From NCBI GenBank assembly GCA_964291215.2, contig OZ219790.1, positions 800,001 through 864,000 on the forward strand: DNA of 64,000 bases, in the 5' to 3' direction. Positions 10,819 through 19,972 of this stretch are shown here, one piece after another. Position 1 is the first letter of the stretch. Each line of letters opens with the position of its first letter. The notes under the pieces were generated by a model. It had not been told where the DNA came from. It did no database searches and saw only the letters and a list, made by a program, of their open reading frames with translations. The position numbers were made by a program, and so were the translations under genes. Source of the DNA: Alphaproteobacteria bacterium (GTDB taxonomy: Bacteria > Pseudomonadota > Alphaproteobacteria > MPNO01 > UBA830).

Positions 10819-11724
10819 ATGAATCTCAGCCACGACGCCATGCTGGTCAGCCTGCGCATCGCCGCCTGGTCGGGCCGGCTCCATGACCGGCAGGCCAGCA
10901 CCCATGTCGCCGTCCACCACGAGGCGAGCGTCAGCGCCGGGCGCTACAACAAGTGCCTGCTGCCCCGAACCGCCTTCGCCGCCCTCAATGCCACCGTCAG
11001 CGCGGCGCGCGCGGCCCACGACGCCCAGACCCTGCCCTGGGACGACCGGGGGAGCCGGCTGCTCCCTGTCGCCAACCACGAGCGCTACACGGGGCTGATG
11101 GACGGCTTGCGCGAACGCATGGTGCGCGAGCGCGCCCGCTTCATCAAGGACTATGACGACAATATCGAAAAGGCCCGGCTCGATCTCGGCAAGCTGTTCC
11201 GCATCGGGGACTATCCCTCGAAGGAAGACCTCCGGGACAGGTTCGGCCTGCGCTGGCGGATCGTCCCGGTGCCCGACGCCGACCATTTCATGGCGAAGCT
11301 CGCCTCCGACGACGCCGACCGGGTGAAGCGCGACATCGAGAGCCAGGTGGAGGAGCGGCTGCACGATGCGGTGGGTGACCTCTACCGGCGCCTGGGCGAG
11401 GCCGTGGAGCGGGTCTCCGAACGCCTGCGGGAGGACGGCGAGGGCAAGCCGCTGGTGTTCCGGGACTCGATGATCGGCAACATCCGCGACCTTGTCGACA
11501 TCGTGCCGCGGCTGAATATCTTCGGCGACGACGAACTCGCCCGGCTCTGCGGGCAGGTGAAGGAGAAGATCGCCGCCGTCGAACCGGACGCGCTCAGGCC
11601 GTCGAAGAGTTTCGATCCGGTCGCCCGCGCGCGGGTGAAGCGCGATGCGGATGCGCTGGCGGAGAGGTTCGCGGGATATTTCGCGGCGGAGGCGGCGATC
11701 TCCCCGGCGCGGGAGGCCGCGTGA
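10819..11724 (+). CDS. Conserved hypothetical helical protein (possibly DUF3150-like), MoxR/VWA-associated
   Basis: AGGAGG RBS; MLVSLRIAAWSG...TLPWDDRGSRLLP...DYPS...FRDSMIGN; sits between the AAA and VWA genes, overlapping the VWA start. Confidence 0.7.
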   Translation: MNLSHDAMLVSLRIAAWSGRLHDRQASTHVAVHHEASVSAGRYNKCLLPRTAFAALNATVSAARAAHDAQTLPWDDRGSRLLPVANHERYTGLMDGLRERMVRERARFIKDYDDNIEKARLDLGKLFRIGDYPSKEDLRDRFGLRWRIVPVPDADHFMAKLASDDADRVKRDIESQVEERLHDAVGDLYRRLGEAVERVSERLREDGEGKPLVFRDSMIGNIRDLVDIVPRLNIFGDDELARLCGQVKEKIAAVEPDALRPSKSFDPVARARVKRDADALAERFAGYFAAEAAISPAREAA

Positions 11725-13001
11725 TGGGCGCCCGCCCTTGCCCGGAATCGGCGCAGCGGGTGAGCCGCTGCGTGACCGCGCTGCTGCGGGAGCAGCCCTT
11801 CTTCGGCAGCCTGGCGCTCCGCCTGCCGGTCCGCGCCGACGCCGGCAGGAAGACGCTGGCGAGCGACGGGCGGGAGATCCGCTATTCGCCGCAATGGGTC
11901 GCGGAGACCGGGGCGCACCTTATCGGGACCGCGATCGCCCGGGTGGTGCTGGCCTGCGCGCTGAAGCACCACACGCGCCGGGGCGAACGCGACCCGGAAC
12001 GCTGGCAGCTGGCCTCCCAGCTCGTCACCCACGGCCTGCTGCGCGATGCCGGCTTCACCCTGCCGCCCGACGCGGAAGCGTGGGACGGGATCAGCGTCGA
12101 GGAAGCATACGAGCAATTGCCGAAGCCGGACGCCGGAGGAGGTTCGGGCACCGATGGAGCCGAATCTCCAACGGCCGACGGGGGCGATGACGATGAGCAA
12201 TCCGGTAACGGCGATGCCGTGAGAGACGACGGCTCGGCGGAGGCGCCGAGCAATGGCAACGGCGGCGACGCAAGCTGCGATCCGTCGGGCACCGGCGAGG
12301 TCATGGACGCGCCGGCGGGCGGCGCCGGGGACGGCGCGCCTTCGCCTGGCGACATGACGCGGGAGGAACAGGCCTGGGACGAGGCCATGCACCAGGCGCT
12401 CGGTCTCGCCAGGGCCGAAGGCCGGTTGCCCGGCGCGGTCGAGGAAACCGTCCGCGGCGCCCATGCGGGCGCGCTCGACTGGCGCTCGCTGCTGCGCCGC
12501 CACATGACCGACGCGGCGAAGAGCGACTACAGCTGGAGCGTCCCCAACCGGCGCTTCATCGACTCCGGGCTCTATCTGCCCTCGATCCGTTCGGAGGGCA
12601 TGGATACGATTGCCGTCATCGTCGACACCTCCGGCTCGCTGCCGGCGGAGACGCTGGCCGCGTTCTGGGCCGAACTGCGCGAGGTGGCGTCGGAGATCGG
12701 GCCCGGGCGCGTCGTCGTGCTCCAGGTCGACGCCGCGGTGCAGGACGCGGCGGAATACGCGCCGGACGAGCTTCCCGGCGAGATCGCCGTCAGGGGCCGG
12801 GGCGGCACCGACTTCCGCCCGGGCTTCGCATGGCTCGACGAGCAGGGGATACAGCCGGGCGTGTGCCTCTACTTCACCGACATGGAGTGCTCCCGCTATC
12901 CGGAGACGGAACCATCGTTCCCGGTGCTGTGGTGCGACCACGGGGACAGCCCGTGGCGGCGACCCGCGCCCTGGGGCGAGCGCATCGACATCGCCGCCTG
13001 A
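11721..13001 (+). CDS. DUF2201-type protein: metallopeptidase-like N-domain plus VWA domain
   Basis: LLREQPFFGSLAL...ASDG...KHHTRR N-domain; acidic linker; PNRRF..GLYLPS, MIDAS VDTSGS, GRGGTDFRP, YFTD. Confidence 0.88.
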   Translation: MMGARPCPESAQRVSRCVTALLREQPFFGSLALRLPVRADAGRKTLASDGREIRYSPQWVAETGAHLIGTAIARVVLACALKHHTRRGERDPERWQLASQLVTHGLLRDAGFTLPPDAEAWDGISVEEAYEQLPKPDAGGGSGTDGAESPTADGGDDDEQSGNGDAVRDDGSAEAPSNGNGGDASCDPSGTGEVMDAPAGGAGDGAPSPGDMTREEQAWDEAMHQALGLARAEGRLPGAVEETVRGAHAGALDWRSLLRRHMTDAAKSDYSWSVPNRRFIDSGLYLPSIRSEGMDTIAVIVDTSGSLPAETLAAFWAELREVASEIGPGRVVVLQVDAAVQDAAEYAPDELPGEIAVRGRGGTDFRPGFAWLDEQGIQPGVCLYFTDMECSRYPETEPSFPVLWCDHGDSPWRRPAPWGERIDIAA

Positions 13002-13334
13002 CCTCCGATGGCGGCGGCCGCTTCCCGACCCTCCACGGCGCCTTCGTCTGCCGGCGCCCCCCGGCGCTGCCGGCCGCCTGTGCATCCGGACCCCGTGACG
13101 CGGAGCGGGCCGCCGCTCCCCGCAGGCAGCAGCGCCGGCCGGGCCACTTCCGGCCGCCCGCCGTCTTCCGCCCTTTCCCGATACCGCCGCACCGCGCCGT
13201 CGGCCCGTATCCGGCGGCAGCGTCCGCCGGGCCGCACCGCCCGGAGCCGGAGCGGGGCGGCGGTCCGGGCAGGCGCGGGGCAGCCGGAGTGGGCCGCCCG
13301 CGCCGACCGTCCGCAACCCTCCATGGAGACTGGC

Positions 13335-15680
13335 ATGAACTTCATCGCCCCCGGGGCCGCGCCGCTCATCCGGGACATCCCGCTCGCCCGGCTCGGCCTC
13401 GCCCCCGAGAACGTCCGCAAGACCCCGCCCGATGCCCGGGCCGACGCCGAGCTCAAGGCCTCCATCGCCGCCCTCGGCCTGCTGGAGAACCTCGTCGTCC
13501 GGCCCGAGGAGCCCGGTTCGGACGGCATCGGGCGCTATGCCGTGGTCGCCGGCGGGCGCCGCCTCAAGGCCATGCAGGCGCTCGTCGGGGACGGCGTCCT
13601 CGACGCCGACCACCCGGTGCCCTGCCTGGTCAGGACCGGCGACGCCGAGCCGGCCGAACTCTCGCTCGCCGAGAACGTGGTCCGCATCGCCATGCATCCG
13701 GCCGACCAGGTGGTCGCGTTCACGAAGCTGGCCGACGCCGGGCAGCCGGTTGCCGCCATCGCGGCGCGGTTCGGCGCCTCCGAGCGCACCGTCGAGCAGC
13801 GCCTGCGCCTCGGCAACGCCGCGCCCGAGCTTCTGGACGCCTACCGGGCCGGCGGGATCGACCTCGAAGTGCTCAAGGCGTTCGCCGTCACCGCCGACCG
13901 CGCGCGCCAGATGACGGTATGGGAACAACTCTCCGGACAGGCCGCCCGCCCGTCGGCCTGGCAGGTGAAGCGCCTGCTGACCGAAGAGCGCGTGCCGGGC
14001 GCCTCGGCCGTGGCCCGCTTCGTCGGGGTCGAGGCCTACGAGGCCGCGGGCGGCCAGGTCATGCGCGACCTGTTCGCCGACGAATACGAGCACGGCGTCT
14101 GGTTCGAGGACCCGGTGCTGCTGGAGAAGCTCGCGGCGGAGAAGCTCCGGGCCGCCGCCGACGAGCTGGCGACGCGCTGGAAGTGGGCTGTCCCCATGGT
14201 CGAGGTCGACTGGAGCGACACCGCCCGCTACGGGCGCATCGAGCCCCGGCCCGGCGCGCCGACCGACGAAGAGCGGGCCGAGATCGACAAGCTGACGACC
14301 CGCCACGACGAACTCGTCAATCTCGATGACGACGAGTGGACCGAGGAACTGGCCGCCGAAGCGGAGGCCGTCGAGGCCCGGCTCGACGGGATCGAGGCCG
14401 CCGTCGAGGCGCGCGCGGTGTTCCGGCGCGAGGACTTCGCGATGGCCGGCTGCATCGTCACCGTCGGCCATGACGGCGCGATGCAGGTCATCCAGGGCCT
14501 GGTGAAGCCCGAGGACATGCCGGCGGAAACCGGCGCCGCCGGCAACGGCCACGACGCGCACGCCGCCGCGCAAGATGCCCACACCGCCGGTCATGGCGTT
14601 CACACCGCCGGCCCGTCCGTCTCGACGCCCATGGCGCCGCCGAAGGACCCCGAATCCGAGGCGCGCAAGGAGGCGGGCGTCGGCATCGGGCTTGCCGACG
14701 ACCTGCGCGCGATCCGCACGGCGCTGGTCAAGGCGCATCTCGCCGGCGACTTCGAGGCCGCCTTCGACCTCGCGCTGTTCCGGATGGGCCGCGCCGTGTT
14801 CGCGCCGGGCCGTCACGGCCACGCCCTCGACATCGCGGTCAGGGAAACCCCCGACAGGCCCATGACCCGCATGAACGATGCCGGTTTCGCGGCCTGGTCG
14901 CCGGGCGAGGCCATGCTGGAGGACCGCTCGCACCTGTCGCTCGACTGGCTGGCGATCGAGGACGACGGCCAGTCCTTCGCGGCGCTCCGGGCCTTGCCCC
15001 CGGCGGAGAAGCAGGCGCTGTTCGCGGCCTGCGTCGCGCGCACGGTGAAGGGCCAGCTCGCCTTCGAGCCGCAGGCGCGGCCCGAACTCGAAGCCACGGT
15101 GGCCCGGCTCGGTATCGACTTCGCCAAGCATGTGCGCCCGACGGCGGCCATGCTGTGGTCGCGTATCGCAAAGAGCCGCATCCTCGACATCGCCCGCACG
15201 GTGTTCGGCATCAACTGGGCCTCGGCGCGGTCGAAATACAGGAAGCCCGCGCTCGCCGAGGCGATGGAGGCCGCCTTCGCCGCCGGCGACCCGCCGGTCG
15301 GGGTGAGCGCCGCGATGCACGCCGCCGCGCTCGCCTGGACGCCGCCCGGCTTCACCGCGTTCGACACCGGGCGCACGGTCGGCGATGCCGGGGATGCGGC
15401 GACGGACGCCGCCGGGACCGCCGCAACCCCGGAACCCGCCGAAGCGACATCCGGAACCGGTCCGGCGGCGCCGGCCGGCAACGGTCATGCGACCGAGGCC
15501 GCTGCCGAACCGGAACCCCCGGAAGGCGCAGCGGCGGGGGCCGGCAACGGCGCCGCCGACGCGGTCGACCCCGGCCCTGAGGCCGATCCGGTCGATACCG
15601 GGAAGGCCGGTCCCGGCCCGGTCAACGGGCAGGCCGCCCACCCGACGGAGATCCCCGAGTTCCTCCGCCAGGTCCGGTAG
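13335..15680 (+). CDS. ParB/Spo0J-family protein (long conjugative-element type)
   Basis: ENVRK...LKASI..LGLLENLVV...VVAGGRRLKA...SLAENVVRIAMHPADQ; HTH IAARFGASERTVEQRLRL; GGAGA RBS. Confidence 0.88.
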   Translation: MNFIAPGAAPLIRDIPLARLGLAPENVRKTPPDARADAELKASIAALGLLENLVVRPEEPGSDGIGRYAVVAGGRRLKAMQALVGDGVLDADHPVPCLVRTGDAEPAELSLAENVVRIAMHPADQVVAFTKLADAGQPVAAIAARFGASERTVEQRLRLGNAAPELLDAYRAGGIDLEVLKAFAVTADRARQMTVWEQLSGQAARPSAWQVKRLLTEERVPGASAVARFVGVEAYEAAGGQVMRDLFADEYEHGVWFEDPVLLEKLAAEKLRAAADELATRWKWAVPMVEVDWSDTARYGRIEPRPGAPTDEERAEIDKLTTRHDELVNLDDDEWTEELAAEAEAVEARLDGIEAAVEARAVFRREDFAMAGCIVTVGHDGAMQVIQGLVKPEDMPAETGAAGNGHDAHAAAQDAHTAGHGVHTAGPSVSTPMAPPKDPESEARKEAGVGIGLADDLRAIRTALVKAHLAGDFEAAFDLALFRMGRAVFAPGRHGHALDIAVRETPDRPMTRMNDAGFAAWSPGEAMLEDRSHLSLDWLAIEDDGQSFAALRALPPAEKQALFAACVARTVKGQLAFEPQARPELEATVARLGIDFAKHVRPTAAMLWSRIAKSRILDIARTVFGINWASARSKYRKPALAEAMEAAFAAGDPPVGVSAAMHAAALAWTPPGFTAFDTGRTVGDAGDAATDAAGTAATPEPAEATSGTGPAAPAGNGHATEAAAEPEPPEGAAAGAGNGAADAVDPGPEADPVDTGKAGPGPVNGQAAHPTEIPEFLRQVR

Positions 15681-15700
15681 GCGACCGCAGACCCCGCAAG

Positions 15701-15757
15701 ACGCCCCGCCGGCGCATTGCTCCGGGCTTCAGGCCCCGGGCAGCGCCGGCGGGGCGT
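15701..15757 (+). terminator. Long hairpin after the ParB-like gene (terminator or ssDNA structure)
   Basis: Perfect 15-bp stem ACGCCCCGCCGGCGC / GCGCCGGCGGGGCGT followed by a short T run. Confidence 0.55.
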
Positions 15758-15788
15758 TTCCGTTTCAGCAATCCATGGAGGTCCGTCC

Positions 15789-17534
15789 ATGAACCGGACG
15801 ATCCGCGCCCGCATCCACGAAACCGCCGTGAAGCGGGTCACCCGCATCTACGCCGCCACCCTGGCCGACATCTTCGCCGAGACCCTGCAGAACAGCCGCC
15901 GCGCCGGCGCCACACGGGTGCGCATCTCGGTTGCCGCCGCCCGGCCGCACGAAACCGCCGCCATTGCGGGCGAGACGCCGCTCACCGTCACCGTTTCCGA
16001 CGACGGCTCGGGCATCGCCGATCCCGCCGTGCTGCTCAGCTTCGGCGAGAACGGCTGGGACGACGCGCTGGTCCGCCGCGAGGACGCCGCCGGCTTCGGC
16101 TTCGCCAGCCTCGCGCGCCGCAACTGCGCCGTCTCGTCCAGGCCCCGCTCGCCGGACGGGCAGATGGCGCCCGGCTGGCGCGTCGCGCTGCAACCGGCGC
16201 ATTTCCTCGGAGAGGCCGACGCCGGGGTGCTGACCGACGACGAGGCCCCGTATCCCTGCGGGACGGCAGTCTCGTTCGAGGCGACCGAGGCCGCCCTGGC
16301 CATCCGCAGCGCGGCCGGGAACGCCGCCCGGCATTACCCGCTGCCGGTCGTCTTCGATGACGGCGGGGGAGACGGCGCCGGGGAGGAACTGCCGCGCCGC
16401 GCCTTTCTCGACGGCGCGGTCCATGTCGAGCCCTGGCGCGGCCTCGTCTTCGGGGTCTTCAAGGACCGCCGCAGCGGCTACAACGACCCCGACCTCAATG
16501 TCTTCGGGCTGACCCTGGCGCTCCGCCTGCCCACGATCGAGACCGTCCACGGCGCGACCTGGACCGTATTGGCGGATCTGGAAGACTGCCCGGACCTCGA
16601 ACTGGTCCTGCCGGCCCGCAAGGAAGCGGTCGAGAACGCCTTTCCCGGGGAAATGCGCGAGGCCGCGCGGCTGGCGGTCTGGCGCGCCATGGCGGCCGAC
16701 CCCTCGCCGCGCCCGGCCTTCGCCGACTGGACGCGGGCGCGCGAGGCCGGCATCGCCATCGCGCCGCCGCCGGCCACCCTGCGGCCCTGGCGGCCCATGA
16801 TCGCCGACTGCAACGACTGGCGCGAACCGGGCAAACCGGCCGATGCCGGCCATGACGCCCTGGTCATGGACCGCGACCCGGAGCCGCCGGAGGCGCAGGC
16901 GCTGTGGCGCGCCGCCGAACGCGCCGGCATCGCGCCGCGGCTCTTCGAGGCCGACCGGCGGCTGGAGGGCCATGGCTGGTACGATGCGCTCGACCGGGTG
17001 ACGGATATAGCCGTCCGGGTCGCCGCCGGGGACGACTGGACGACGCTCGCGGAGTATCCGCTGCCCGGGCCGTCTCGCGCCGCGCCCCTGCCGGCCCGCC
17101 CCGCCGCCATCCGCATCGCGCTCACCGTTCGCCCGGCGTCGGGTCCGGAACGCACCCTCGACCTGCCGGCCGACATGGCGTTCGCCGGCGAGGCCTGGTC
17201 CCGGATCGACGAGGCCATGCCGCTGGTCACCGAAGACAGCGCCCTCCAGCCGCACGAGCTCGCCGCGGTGCTCATGGCGGGGTTCTTCTCGCCCTGCGAC
17301 GATGCCGACGCCGACAGCCGGGAGACCCAGCGCGCCCGTTTCGAGGAGGACGCGCTGCATCTCGCGACCCGCCTGTTGCTGTCCGACGACGAGGCCTGCC
17401 GGGCGTCCATCGCCGAGGCGGTGCGGCGCGAGCTGATGTGGCTTGCGCCCCGCAACCGCGCCGTCGACATCCGCATCCGCCGGCCCGACGTCACCGTGAC
17501 CCTCGGCGACGGAAGCGCGGCGGACGGCGCCTGA
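15789..17534 (+). CDS. GHKL/HATPase-fold ATP-binding protein
   Basis: ETLQNSRRAGA (N box), VSDDGSGI (G1 box), AAGFGFASL (G2 box); GGAGG RBS. Confidence 0.8.
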   Translation: MNRTIRARIHETAVKRVTRIYAATLADIFAETLQNSRRAGATRVRISVAAARPHETAAIAGETPLTVTVSDDGSGIADPAVLLSFGENGWDDALVRREDAAGFGFASLARRNCAVSSRPRSPDGQMAPGWRVALQPAHFLGEADAGVLTDDEAPYPCGTAVSFEATEAALAIRSAAGNAARHYPLPVVFDDGGGDGAGEELPRRAFLDGAVHVEPWRGLVFGVFKDRRSGYNDPDLNVFGLTLALRLPTIETVHGATWTVLADLEDCPDLELVLPARKEAVENAFPGEMREAARLAVWRAMAADPSPRPAFADWTRAREAGIAIAPPPATLRPWRPMIADCNDWREPGKPADAGHDALVMDRDPEPPEAQALWRAAERAGIAPRLFEADRRLEGHGWYDALDRVTDIAVRVAAGDDWTTLAEYPLPGPSRAAPLPARPAAIRIALTVRPASGPERTLDLPADMAFAGEAWSRIDEAMPLVTEDSALQPHELAAVLMAGFFSPCDDADADSRETQRARFEEDALHLATRLLLSDDEACRASIAEAVRRELMWLAPRNRAVDIRIRRPDVTVTLGDGSAADGA

Positions 17535-17826
17535 CCGGCCGCCGCGCTCCCCCGAAGCGACCGCTCCGCGTGACCCCGGCGACGAGGCGCTGAAGCGCGC
17601 CATCGCCGTGTGGACCGACCTGCTCTGGCTGATGCCGCCGGACCGCACGGTCACCATCGCCGTCACCGACGGCAGGGTCGCGGTCGAACTCGGCCCGGAC
17701 CCGGAAGTTCCGGCCCGCCGATCCGCCCGGGATCCGTTCGCCCCGACGCTGCCCCGTTTCGCCATCGGCCCCGTCCCGCTCGCCGGAACCGGGGCGTTTG
17801 CCTTCAAACCCGCGGAGGACGCCGCC

Positions 17827-18591
17827 ATGCCCGATTCCTCGCCAGGTCTCGACGACATGCCGCTCCACGACATGCCCGCAGCGCCGGCCCCGGATCGCGG
17901 TCCGGGGCAGGCTCTGATCCGCAAGACCGCCGACCGCCGCCGCCTCCAGCGCCGCTTCCTCCGCGCCGGGCGCGAGGCGGTCGACGACCGCGACCTGCTC
18001 GAACTGCTGCTCTCCGGGCGCCCGCCGGTGGACGATGCCGGGGCGCTTGCCCGCGCATTGCTGGACACCTTCGGCACCGCGCCGCGCGCCCTCGCCGCCC
18101 GCCCGGACCGCCTGCGCACCGTGCCGGGCCTGCCGGAAGACGCCATCGCCGCCCTCAAGGCCGCCGAAGCGCTCGCCATCCGCATGGCGCGGGCCGAAAT
18201 GCCCGACACCCTGCGCCCGTCCCTCGCCGGCTACGACAGGGTGATCGAGTACTGCCGCACCCTCGCCGGCCACCGCGAGGTCGAGCAGTTCCACATCCTC
18301 TACCTCAACCGCAACAACCTCCTCATTGCCGACGAGCGCCTCCAGAAGGGCTCCGTGTGCCACACGCCGGTCTATCCCCGGGAGGTCTGCATCCGCTGCC
18401 TGGAGCTTCAGGCCAGCGGGGTCATCGCGGTCCACAACCACCCGTCGGGCAACCCGGAACCATCGAGAGCCGACATCGCCATGACCGACCGTCTTCGCAA
18501 CGCGCTGAAGACCATCGAGGTCACGCTGCTCGACCATCTGATCGTCACACCGACCGGCTCCGTGAGCTTCCACGAGCGTGGGTTGCTCTGA
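17827..18591 (+). CDS. radC: RadC-family JAB/MPN domain protein
   Basis: RRRLQRRF...DLLELLL, EQFHILYLN, GSVCHTPVYPREV, HNHPSGNPEPSRAD, LLDHLIV. Start moved to ATG 17827 because of the GGAGG RBS. Confidence 0.9.
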   Translation: MPDSSPGLDDMPLHDMPAAPAPDRGPGQALIRKTADRRRLQRRFLRAGREAVDDRDLLELLLSGRPPVDDAGALARALLDTFGTAPRALAARPDRLRTVPGLPEDAIAALKAAEALAIRMARAEMPDTLRPSLAGYDRVIEYCRTLAGHREVEQFHILYLNRNNLLIADERLQKGSVCHTPVYPREVCIRCLELQASGVIAVHNHPSGNPEPSRADIAMTDRLRNALKTIEVTLLDHLIVTPTGSVSFHERGLL

Positions 18592-18683
18592 AAGGCGAAC
18601 CGATGGACCTCCCCGGTGCGCCCCCGGCCGCGTCGGGCCGACCCCGCTGAACCGATCTCCCGCCACCCAGCCCGGAGACCGCC

Positions 18684-19211
18684 ATGCTCCACCGGATCAC
18701 CGGCCGCGCCACGAAGTGCGGCCCGTCCGCGATTTCAGCGATTGCCGGCGTGCCGACCCACGAGGCCGCCGCCGTCATCCGCCGCCTGTTCGACCGGCCC
18801 TCGGTGAACGGCGTCTTCATCGACGAACTCGCCGCCGCGCTCGAAGCGTTCGGCTGGGCGCCGGACTACGCGCTCCGCCATCCGGAATACCGGAACCGCC
18901 GTTTCGCCCGGCGCGAGCGGGAATGGGAGCGCCTCTTCGCCGCTGTCCCCTTCGACGAGCGCGCAATCACGCTGGGCGCGTTCCTCGACGCCGCGCCCGC
19001 CGGGACATGGGCGATCTCCGCGAGCCGCCACTTCGTGGCCTGTGCGGACGGCTTCGTCGCGGATTCCGGTGCCTGGTTTGCCCGCATGCCGGCTTTCTCG
19101 TTCCGGGCCGACCCCGGTCACAACCGCGTCGCGCTCCGCCGCGTCCGGGAAGCGGTCAGGTTCGTGCGCGTGGCCGGCCTCCCCCGCAACCCCCGTCCGC
19201 AGGAGGGCTGA
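18684..19211 (+). CDS. Hypothetical protein, possible C39-like (papain-fold) peptidase
   Basis: GGAGA RBS; KCGPSAISAIAG at the N-terminus and later HFVAC..GFVADS give Cys-His-Asp order. Confidence 0.6.
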   Translation: MLHRITGRATKCGPSAISAIAGVPTHEAAAVIRRLFDRPSVNGVFIDELAAALEAFGWAPDYALRHPEYRNRRFARREREWERLFAAVPFDERAITLGAFLDAAPAGTWAISASRHFVACADGFVADSGAWFARMPAFSFRADPGHNRVALRRVREAVRFVRVAGLPRNPRPQEG

Positions 19212-19213
19212 CC

Positions 19214-19769
19214 ATGCCGCAGATCGTCACCACCACCGTCTTCACCATCGACGAGCTTTCCGACGCCGCGAAGGAGAAGGCCCGCGCCCGGCATCGCGCT
19301 CGATACCCATGCCGTGCGCCTCCATGGCGGCCGAACCCGGGAACGGTCGAACATCCGGTTCCGGGGGTTCCACAGCCAGGGGGACGGCGCCTCGTTCGAG
19401 AGCCGGTACAGCCATGCCCGCGGCGCCGCGAAGGCCATCCGCGCCCACGCGCCGAAGGACACCGAACTCCACGGCATCGCCGACCCCCTGCAGCACGCCC
19501 GGCGCCGCAATTTCTGGCAAATTCATGCAGCCTTCCGCCGTGTCGGCGCCATTTCCACGCAAACAGCATGGAAATCCGCGTCGAGCGCGACAGCCCGGCA
19601 GCCGGTCGCGGCGGGCGCCGGCGATACCGTCGCCCTCCGCAACCTGGCCCGCTGGTTCTACCGGCAACTGCGCGACGCCCGGGAGGCCGGGACCTCCGAC
19701 CCGGCCGTCGACGGGGCCCTCGCCGTGAATGAGTGGACCTTCACCAGGGACGGCAAACGGTTCGGCTGA
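19214..19769 (+). pseudogene. Frameshifted conserved plasmid/ICE gene (family often labelled antitoxin of TA stability system)
   Basis: AGGAGG RBS; MPQIVTTTVFTIDELSDAAKEKARA in one frame, continuing as IRFRGFHSQGDGASF...LARWFYRQL...NEWTFTRDGKRFG in another. Confidence 0.7.
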
Positions 19770-19972
19770 TCCGGTCCGCCGGCCCTTGACGGCGCCGGCT
19801 CCGCAAGGCGCCCCCGCACCTTCCCGAACGCAGCCTCCGCCCGCGCCGGATTTCCCCGGCGCGCCCGGCGCCGGCGGGAGTCCGGCCAGCCGTCCGGGAG
19901 CGGTCCGCCGGGCGGCGCGGGAGGACTTGCGCCGCCGGCCGCCGTCACGCCCTTCCAGCACGGAGACTGTCC

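Noticed and set aside
11382-15641. Very long antisense or alternate-frame ORFs (1419 aa here; also 22028-24616, 44931-48230, 50198-53779, 233-1534)
   Set aside because: Arg/Gly/Ala-rich shadows of real genes, expected in high-GC DNA; no recognisable motifs.
17608-17826. N-terminal extension of RadC
   Set aside because: Partly a relic of the upstream gene's 3' end; a better RBS and ATG lie at 17827.
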